Origin: Betaproteobacteria bacterium
Lineage (GTDB): Bacteria; Pseudomonadota; Gammaproteobacteria; Burkholderiales; SG8-41
Assembly: GCA_947465215.1 (NCBI GenBank)
Contig: CANHZX010000003.1
Coordinates: forward strand, 1-44,857
Direction: 5' to 3'
Length of the DNA stretch: 44,857 bases
In this document: positions 38,179 through 44,857 of the stretch, piece after piece
Layout: the number at the start of each line of letters is the position of its first letter
Position numbering within the stretch: the first letter of the stretch is position 1
The notes under the pieces: generated by a model
What the model saw: the letters and a program-made list of their open reading frames with translations, nothing else
What the model was told of the DNA's origin: nothing
Database searches by the model: none
Position numbers and translations under genes: made by a program

Positions 38179-39663
38179 ATGGGTCGTGAAATTCTGTTGT
38201 TGGTTGATGCGCTGGCGCGCGAAAAGAACGTCGACAAGGAAATTGTGTTCGGCGCGCTCGAACTCGCTCTTGCTTCTGCAGCCAAAAAGAAGTTCACCGA
38301 GGACGTCGAAGTTCGCGCCTCGGTGGATCGTGCGACCGGCGAATTCTCCTTCTTCCGCCGCTGGGAAGTGGTGAAGAACGAGGAAATCGAAGTGCCTTCG
38401 CGTCAGTACAAACTGCACGAAGCGCAGGAAGAAGACCCCGAAGCCCAGGTCGGCGAATTCATCGAAGAACCGCTGGAAGGCATGGAAGTCGGCCGTATCG
38501 GCGCCCAGACCGCTAAGCAGGTCATCGTGCAAAAGATCCGCGACGCCGAGCGCGAGCAGATCCTTAATGACTTCCTGGCCCGCAAGGAACACCTGGTCAC
38601 CGGTGTCATCAAGCGCATGGAGCGCGGGAATGCCATCGTCGAATCCGGTCGCCTTGAAGCCATGCTGCCTCGCGACCAGATGATCCCGAAAGAGAATCTG
38701 CGTCTCGGCGACCGCGTGCGTGCTTATGTCTGGAAAGTCGATCGCATGGCTCGCGGCCCGCACCTGATGCTGTCGCGCACCGCGCCCGAATTCATCGCCA
38801 AGCTGTTCGAACTCGAAGTTCCCGAGATCGAGGAAGGCCTGCTCGAGATCAAGGGTGCCGCCCGTGATCCGGGTTCGCGCGCCAAAATCGCCGTGCATTC
38901 CAAGGATGCGCGCATCGATCCGATCGGAACCTGCGTCGGCATGCGCGGCTCTCGCGTGCAGGCCGTAACTGCCGAGTTGGCCCAGGAACGTGTCGACATC
39001 GTGCTGTGGAATACGGACCCCGCGCAGTTTGTCATTAATGCACTGGCGCCCGCTGAAGTCAGCAGCATCGTTGTTGACGAAGAAAAACACAGCATGGACA
39101 TCGTCGTTGACGAGGAAAATCTCGCCCAGGCGATCGGCCGCAACGGCCAAAACGTGCGACTGGCTGCGGAGCTGACCGGCTGGGAACTCAACCTGATGAC
39201 CGAAACCGACGCGCAGAAGAAGAGCGAGGAAGAAACCTCGAAGACGCGCGCCGAGTTCATGGAAAAACTGGACGTCGATGAAGAGGTTGCGGACATCCTC
39301 GTTCAGGAAGGTTTTGCCACGCTTGAGGAAGTGGCCTATGTGCCGTTGACTGAAATGCTGGAAATCGAATCGTTCGATGAGGCAACTGTCAACGAACTGC
39401 GCAGCCGCGCGCGTAATGCGCTGCTGACCCAAGCCATTGCCAGCGAAGAAAAAGTCGAGCACGACATCGAGGACCTGATGAAGGTCGAAGGCATGGATCA
39501 CGATACCGCACGCCTGCTGGCATCGAAGGGCATCGCGACCCAGGAAGATCTCGCCGATTTTGCAACTGACGATCTCATCGAGCTGACCGAAATCGAAGCG
39601 GAGCGCGCCAAAGCCCTGATCATGGCCGCCCGTGCGCCGTGGTTCGCCGAAACCAACGCCTGA
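38179..39663 (+). CDS. nusA: Transcription termination/antitermination factor NusA
   Basis: [35 protein letters not shown]; C-terminal acidic repeats. Confidence 0.98.
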   Translation: MGREILLLVDALAREKNVDKEIVFGALELALASAAKKKFTEDVEVRASVDRATGEFSFFRRWEVVKNEEIEVPSRQYKLHEAQEEDPEAQVGEFIEEPLEGMEVGRIGAQTAKQVIVQKIRDAEREQILNDFLARKEHLVTGVIKRMERGNAIVESGRLEAMLPRDQMIPKENLRLGDRVRAYVWKVDRMARGPHLMLSRTAPEFIAKLFELEVPEIEEGLLEIKGAARDPGSRAKIAVHSKDARIDPIGTCVGMRGSRVQAVTAELAQERVDIVLWNTDPAQFVINALAPAEVSSIVVDEEKHSMDIVVDEENLAQAIGRNGQNVRLAAELTGWELNLMTETDAQKKSEEETSKTRAEFMEKLDVDEEVADILVQEGFATLEEVAYVPLTEMLEIESFDEATVNELRSRARNALLTQAIASEEKVEHDIEDLMKVEGMDHDTARLLASKGIATQEDLADFATDDLIELTEIEAERAKALIMAARAPWFAETNA

Positions 39664-39690
39664 TATCGCAGAAAAGAAAAGTAACCGGCT

Positions 39691-42246
39691 ATGGCCCAGA
39701 TCAAAGTCAAAGAATTTGCCAAGGAACTTGGCGTACAGCCTGAACTGCTCCTCGAGCAGTTGCAGGCCGCCGGCGTGAAAAAAGCGCTGACCGAAGATGC
39801 AGGCCTTACCGAAATGGACAAGACCCAGCTGCTCGATCACCTGCGTGAAGCGCATGGCGGCAAGGAAGCCAAGCAGAAAATCACGCTGACCCGCCGTCAG
39901 ACCACCGAAATTAAGAAGGCGGATGCGACGACCGGTAAGGCGCGCACGATTCAGGTTGAGGTGCGCAAGAAGCGCGTGTTGATCAAGCGTGATACGCCCG
40001 AACCGGAAAAGGTCGAGGAAGCACCGAAGCCTATTATCGATGCAGCTGAACTGGCGATTCGCGAAGAAGAAGCCCGCAAGCAGGCTGAACTGGCTGCCCG
40101 TCAGGCTGAAGACGTCGCCAAAAAACGCAAAAAAGAGGCGGATGCCGAAGTGGCCGCCAAGGCCGCTGGTGCTGTTGCTGCGGAACCGCCTGCTGCAGCA
40201 GCGGCAGCGACAGCGGCAGCAGCTGCAGTAGTTGATCCGTCAATCGTTGTTGAAGGAACGATTCATAAACCCGCGGCGCCCACAGGCGACGCTGGGGATA
40301 AGGCCAAAAAAGGCGCCAAGAAACCGGCAAAGCAGGTGGTCTGGCAGGATCCGACGGCCCGCAAGCGCACGATCAAGACTCGTGGCGATGCGACCGGCGG
40401 GCTGGGCTGGCGCGACCGCAAGGTTCACCGCACGTCGCACAAGCAGGATGGCGATCAGCAGCACGGCTTCACTGCGCCGACCGAACCTCTGGTGAAAGAT
40501 GTTCTGATCCCTGAAACGATCACCGTTGCCGATCTGGCGCACAAGATGTCGGTCAAGGCAGCTGAAGTCATCAAGACCCTGATGAAGCTGGGCACGATGG
40601 CTACGATCAACCAGGTTCTGGATCAGGACACGGCGATCATCCTCGTCGAGGAAATGGGACACGTCGGTAAGCGTGCCAAGCTCGATGAGCCGGACGCCTA
40701 CCTTGAGGAATCCAGCGCAAAGGTTGAAGTCATAGCCGAGCCGCGTGCTCCGGTAGTGACGGTCATGGGGCACGTCGACCATGGCAAAACCTCGCTACTC
40801 GATTACATCCGCCGCACCAAAGTGGCGAGCGGGGAAGCTGGCGGCATTACCCAGCATATCGGCGCTTATCACGTCGAAACGCCGCGCGGCATGATCACGT
40901 TCCTCGACACCCCCGGCCACGAAGCTTTTACGGCAATGCGTGCCCGCGGTGCAAAAGTCACCGATCTGGTGATTCTGGTGGTGGCTGCCGATGACGGCGT
41001 GATGCCGCAGACGGCTGAAGCGATTCACCATGCCAAGGCAGCCAAAGTGCCGCTGATCGTGGCGCTGAACAAAATCGACAAGCCGGAAGCCAATTCCGAG
41101 CGCGTCAAGCAGGATCTGGCCGCGCAGGAAGTCGTGCCTGAAGAGTGGGGCGGCGACACCATGTTCGTCGAGGTTTCCGCACGCACCGGGCAGGGCATCG
41201 ACAGCCTGCTCGAGCGCATTCTGCTGCAGGCCGAAGTTCTGGAATTGCGTGCACCGAAAGATGCACCCGCTAAAGGCATCGTTGTTGAGTCGCGGCTCGA
41301 TAAGGGACGCGGTCCGGTGGCGACGATTCTGGTTCAATCCGGCACGCTGAAGCGCGGCGATATCGTTCTTGCCGGCGCCGTGTTCGGTCGTGTTCGCGCC
41401 ATGCTCAACGAAGCAGGCGATGCCATTGATTCCGCAGGCCCCTCGATACCTGTTGAAATTCTCGGTCTGTCCGATGTGCCGGCCGCCGGTGCTGAAGTGA
41501 TGGTGCTGGGTGACGAACGCAAAGCGCGCGAAATCGCGCTGTTCCGTCAGGGCAAATACCGCGATGTGAAGCTGGCCAAGCAGCAGGCTGCAAAACTCGA
41601 GAACATGTTCGAGCAGATGGGCGAAGGCGAAGTCAAAACGCTGTCGCTGATCATCAAGGCCGACGTGCAGGGCTCTTACGAGGGCCTGACCCACGCGCTG
41701 GGCAAGCTGTCGACGGCAGAGGTTAAAGTCAACATCGTGCATGCGGCCATCGGCGGCATTACCGAGTCCGATATCAATCTGGCGCTGGCCTCCAAAGCCG
41801 TTGTTATCGGCTTTAATGCCCGCGCCGATGCGGCTGCACGCAAGCTCGCAGAGAGCAGTGGCGTCGACATCCGTTACTACAACATCATTTACGACGCAGT
41901 CGATGAGATCAAAGCCGCGCTAACAGGCATGCTGTCGCCGGAACGCAAGGAAAGCACGTTGGGTCTGGTGGAAATCCGCCAGGTCTTCCGCATCTCCAAG
42001 GTTGGTGCCGTTGCCGGTTGTTATGTGCTTGAGGGCCTTATCCGCCGCAGTTCGAAGCTTCGTCTGTTGCGCGACAACGTCGTCATCCACGAAGGCGAGC
42101 TGGATTCGCTGAAGCGTTTCAAGGACGACGTGCGCGAGGTCAAGGCCGGCTTTGAATGCGGCCTGTCGCTGAAGAACTACAATGACATCAAGGAAGGCGA
42201 CCAGCTGGAGATATACGAAGTTGTTGAAGTGGCGAGGTCTCTGTAA
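39691..42246 (+). CDS. infB: Translation initiation factor IF-2
   Basis: [35 protein letters not shown]. Confidence 0.98.
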   Translation: MAQIKVKEFAKELGVQPELLLEQLQAAGVKKALTEDAGLTEMDKTQLLDHLREAHGGKEAKQKITLTRRQTTEIKKADATTGKARTIQVEVRKKRVLIKRDTPEPEKVEEAPKPIIDAAELAIREEEARKQAELAARQAEDVAKKRKKEADAEVAAKAAGAVAAEPPAAAAAATAAAAAVVDPSIVVEGTIHKPAAPTGDAGDKAKKGAKKPAKQVVWQDPTARKRTIKTRGDATGGLGWRDRKVHRTSHKQDGDQQHGFTAPTEPLVKDVLIPETITVADLAHKMSVKAAEVIKTLMKLGTMATINQVLDQDTAIILVEEMGHVGKRAKLDEPDAYLEESSAKVEVIAEPRAPVVTVMGHVDHGKTSLLDYIRRTKVASGEAGGITQHIGAYHVETPRGMITFLDTPGHEAFTAMRARGAKVTDLVILVVAADDGVMPQTAEAIHHAKAAKVPLIVALNKIDKPEANSERVKQDLAAQEVVPEEWGGDTMFVEVSARTGQGIDSLLERILLQAEVLELRAPKDAPAKGIVVESRLDKGRGPVATILVQSGTLKRGDIVLAGAVFGRVRAMLNEAGDAIDSAGPSIPVEILGLSDVPAAGAEVMVLGDERKAREIALFRQGKYRDVKLAKQQAAKLENMFEQMGEGEVKTLSLIIKADVQGSYEGLTHALGKLSTAEVKVNIVHAAIGGITESDINLALASKAVVIGFNARADAAARKLAESSGVDIRYYNIIYDAVDEIKAALTGMLSPERKESTLGLVEIRQVFRISKVGAVAGCYVLEGLIRRSSKLRLLRDNVVIHEGELDSLKRFKDDVREVKAGFECGLSLKNYNDIKEGDQLEIYEVVEVARSL

Positions 42247-42308
42247 CCGTCGCGTTTTGCGGGTGCGCCTTCCGGCGTGCCCGGCTGGTTTTCCGGAGCA
42301 GTTGCCGC

Positions 42309-42683
42309 ATGCCTAAAGATTATCCCCGCGGTCGGCGGATTGCCGACCAGATCCAGCGTGAACTCTCCGAGATCATTCGCATGGAGCTCAAGGATCCGCG
42401 CGTCGGCCTGATTACGATCACTGATGTCGAGGTGACGCAGGATAATGAACACGCGAAAGTGTTTTTTACCGCGTTGGGGGAGCCGGTTCAGCAGGAAGCC
42501 GCTGAACGCGCGCTGAACCACGCTTCGGGTTTTCTGCGCAGTTCGCTGGCCAAGGTGATGAAGCTGCGGACGGTGCCGCAGCTGCGCTTCAATTACGATG
42601 TTTCCGTCGAACGCGGCGTGCGTCTGTCAAATCTCATCGACGAAGCCGTGGCCAGCAAGCCAGGCAATAAATCCCCGCAGTGA
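42309..42683 (+). CDS. rbfA: Ribosome-binding factor A
   Basis: RIADQIQREL, KDPRV, LRTVPQLRF; operon position. Confidence 0.96.
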   Translation: MPKDYPRGRRIADQIQRELSEIIRMELKDPRVGLITITDVEVTQDNEHAKVFFTALGEPVQQEAAERALNHASGFLRSSLAKVMKLRTVPQLRFNYDVSVERGVRLSNLIDEAVASKPGNKSPQ

Positions 42684-43630
42684 ACAAGCCTCGCGCCGTG
42701 CGCAGAGACGTCAACGGCGTTCTGCTGCTGGACAAGCCCTTGGGCCTGACTTCGCAGCAGGCGGTATCGAAGGTGAAATGGCTGTTTTCGGCGCGAAAAG
42801 CAGGCCACACCGGTACCCTTGATCCGATGGCCAGCGGTTTGCTCCCGATCGGCCTGGGTGAGGCAACCAAATTTTCCCAGTTTCTGCTCGATGCCGAAAA
42901 AGGCTATCGGGCCTCGTTGCGTCTGGGTGCGACAACCAATACCGGTGACTCCGAAGGCGAAATTCTCGAGCGGCGACCTGTAACGGTGACGGCTGAAGAT
43001 ATCGCCAGAGTTTTGCCGAGTTTTTTCGGCGCCCAGACCCAGATTCCGCCGATGCATTCCGCACTCAAGGTTGCTGGCAAGCCCTTGTATAGCTACGCAC
43101 GGGAAGGTGTCACTATTGAGCGTCAGGCCAGATCCATTGTCATCGAAGATATACAAGTAATTGATTTTAATGAAAATATATTGGACATCCGGGTGCGATG
43201 CAGCAAGGGCACCTATATCCGGGTCCTGGCGGAAGATATTGGCGCCGCACTGGGTTGCGGTGCCCATTTGGCGGCGTTGAGCCGGGAAAGCGCCGGGGGA
43301 TTTACGCTTTCCGAAGCGGTGTCCTTCGACACTCTGGAAACACTCTCCCTGGAGGATCGCATGGCTGCGCTGCTGCCGATTGATGCCTTTGCGACCAGCC
43401 TCGACCGCATGGTGCTGGATCCGGCGCAGGCGCGCCGGATTGTTACCGGGCTAACGGTGCCTCTGCCGGAGGTTCAGGACGGGTTATACCGGGTATATGC
43501 CGCCCTGGAGGGGTTTCTGGGCGTCGGGGAAGTGGAGGAGGGGCTATTGAAGGCTCGCCGTCTGACCACCCAGTTGCAGGGAAAGGAACAAATGGAAAAC
43601 TGCTTGAGTAATCCGGCAGTTACGGGGTAA
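42680..43630 (+). CDS. truB: tRNA pseudouridine(55) synthase
   Basis: LLDKPLG, GHTGTLDPMASG, PPMHSALK, CSKGTYIR; GTGA overlap with rbfA. Confidence 0.96.
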   Translation: MNKPRAVRRDVNGVLLLDKPLGLTSQQAVSKVKWLFSARKAGHTGTLDPMASGLLPIGLGEATKFSQFLLDAEKGYRASLRLGATTNTGDSEGEILERRPVTVTAEDIARVLPSFFGAQTQIPPMHSALKVAGKPLYSYAREGVTIERQARSIVIEDIQVIDFNENILDIRVRCSKGTYIRVLAEDIGAALGCGAHLAALSRESAGGFTLSEAVSFDTLETLSLEDRMAALLPIDAFATSLDRMVLDPAQARRIVTGLTVPLPEVQDGLYRVYAALEGFLGVGEVEEGLLKARRLTTQLQGKEQMENCLSNPAVTG

Positions 43631-43633
43631 AAT
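43604..43633 (+). promoter_or_regulatory. Putative sigma70 promoter of rpsO (inside the end of truB)
   Basis: TTGAGT, 18 nt, TAAAAT. Confidence 0.45.
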
Positions 43634-43661
43634 TGCGTGATTTTTCGTCGGAGACAGAATA

Positions 43662-43931
43662 ATGGCTGTTAGCACCGCCCAAAAGGCGCAAGTATTGCAG
43701 GATTTCCAGCGTATGAAAGGCGACACTGGGTCGCCCGAAGTGCAGGTCGCATTGCTGACCGCGCGCATCACGGACCTTACCGAGCATTTCAAGGCCCACT
43801 CCAAAGATCACCACTCCCGTCGCGGCCTGCTGCGCATGGTGAGCACGCGCCGCAAACTGCTGGATTATCTGAAAAGAACCAAAGTTGAGCAGTACAAGAC
43901 GCTGATCGAGCGTCTGGGCCTGCGCAAGTAA
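43662..43931 (+). CDS. rpsO: 30S ribosomal protein S15
   Basis: [28 protein letters not shown]. Confidence 0.98.
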   Translation: MAVSTAQKAQVLQDFQRMKGDTGSPEVQVALLTARITDLTEHFKAHSKDHHSRRGLLRMVSTRRKLLDYLKRTKVEQYKTLIERLGLRK

Positions 43932-44043
43932 TCTGCAGCGCATGCAAGTACGGTTCGCCCGTTTTTTTGACCGGTCCGCTGGGCGGTCCGGTCGGCTGCC
44001 GACGCTGGAGGGCGTCGGTTTCTAGTCTGCATTGATCCTCCCG

Positions 44044-44073
44044 AAGACCGCGTGTGCGGTCTTTTTTGTTTTT
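44044..44073 (+). terminator. Rho-independent terminator between rpsO and pnp
   Basis: AAGACCGC-GTGT-GCGGTCTT-TTTTGTTTTT. Confidence 0.75.
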
Positions 44074-44091
44074 GAGAAAAGGAAAAACATT

Positions 44092-44857
44092 TTGAACCCG
44101 GTAAAGAAAACATTGATGTGGGGCCGCCACCAGCTGACGCTGGAAACCGGCGAAATCGCGCGCCAGGCTTCTGGCGCAGTCATGGTGACGATGGAAGATA
44201 CGGTGGTCCTGGTGACCGTCGTTGGTGCCCGTAATGCCAAACCGGGACAGGATTTCTTCCCGCTGACCGTCGACTATCAGGAACGTACTTACGCTGCAGG
44301 CAAGATCCCCGGTGGTTTCTTCCGCCGCGAAGGCCGTCCGTCAGAAAAGGAAATCCTGACGTCGCGCCTGATCGACCGTCCGATTCGCCCGCTGTTCCCC
44401 GAGGGTTACAACAGCGAAGTGCAGATCGTCGCCACGGTGATGTCGTCCAACAATGAAATCGACTCCGATATTCCCGCAATGGTCGGCGCGTCTGCCGCAC
44501 TGGCGCTGTCCGGCATGCCCTTCGGCGGCCCGATCGGCGCGGCCCGCGTGGGTTACGCCAATGGCCAGTACATCCTCAACCCGACTCAGACCGAGCTGAA
44601 AACTTCACAGCTCGACCTGGTTGTTGCCGGCACGCAGCAGGCCGTGCTGATGGTCGAATCCGAAGCGCAACAACTGCCCGAAGACGTAATGCTCGGCGCC
44701 GTGGTATTCGGCCATGACCAGATGCAGACTGTGATCAACGCGATCAATGAAATGGTCGACGAGATCGGTGTTCCGGAATGGAACTGGACCGCACCTCAGA
44801 AGGACGAAGCGCAGATCGCGCGTATCGCCCAGGCTGCGGAAGCCAATCTGCGCGAGG
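44092..44857 (+). CDS. pnp: Polyribonucleotide nucleotidyltransferase (partial, runs off the window)
   Basis: TTG start after AAGGA; translated by hand [30 protein letters not shown]...[12 protein letters not shown]...[10 protein letters not shown]; absent from the ORF track because no stop is in the window. Confidence 0.96.
   Translation, partial: MNPVKKTLMWGRHQLTLETGEIARQASGAVMVTMEDTVVLVTVVGARNAKPGQDFFPLTVDYQERTYAAGKIPGGFFRREGRPSEKEILTSRLIDRPIRPLFPEGYNSEVQIVATVMSSNNEIDSDIPAMVGASAALALSGMPFGGPIGAARVGYANGQYILNPTQTELKTSQLDLVVAGTQQAVLMVESEAQQLPEDVMLGAVVFGHDQMQTVINAINEMVDEIGVPEWNWTAPQKDEAQIARIAQAAEANLRE

Noticed and set aside
38161-39855. 564-aa ORF antisense to nusA (likewise 11666-12823, 9245-10324, 40795-41742, 17479-18330, 884-1864, 2064-2900)
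   Set aside because: Shadow ORFs opposite well-conserved genes; typical of GC-rich codon bias and lacking recognisable motifs
40160-40230. GCA/GCG/GCT-rich repeat-like tract in infB
   Set aside because: Encodes the ordinary Ala-rich low-complexity linker of IF-2; not a DNA repeat element
42261-42282. Hairpin GGGTGCGCC-TTCC-GGCGTGCCC between infB and rbfA
   Set aside because: Single intra-operon stem without an adjacent U-tract; no other copies seen, so not a REP family and probably an ordinary stability element
1-44857. CRISPR arrays, insertion sequences, prophage or integrase genes
   Set aside because: No regularly spaced direct repeats and no transposase, integrase or phage-like proteins detected by inspection

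Overview
GC-rich chromosomal backbone of a Betaproteobacterium. The assignment is inferred from gene order, orphan Bug/TctC receptors, the long-insert TrpRS and a CTGT-N8-ACAG SOS box. About 41 CDSs: acyl-CoA dehydrogenase, RraA-family, surE-pcm-nlpD (no rpoS), moxR-DUF58-transglutaminase, alaC-hom-thrC, nadC, a glutamate-synthase-like FMN protein, clpB with a sigma32 promoter, a PAS-PAS-HD-GYP protein, an ABC transporter with a lipocalin-like partner, two Bug receptors flanking PaaI-PIN-TfdA-like genes, yaiI, a multi-rhodanese, rhlE, an HNH nuclease, a duplicated membrane protein, PHP-yciO-trpS, lexA and rimP-nusA-infB-rbfA-truB-rpsO-pnp (partial). I found no rRNA, tRNA, CRISPR array, transposase or integrase. 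The most notable signals are non-coding: (1) a candidate ~255-nt multi-hairpin RNA after clpB with a sigma54-like promoter, an IHF-like site and its own terminator; (2) a dispersed AT-rich IHF-like element in about 10 places, including promoter-less convergent gene junctions and inside truB; (3) structured or repetitive leaders of alaC-hom-thrC, rhlE and pnp; (4) an apparently leaderless lexA whose SOS box covers the -10 element. All calls were made by eye, without database searches or folding software.
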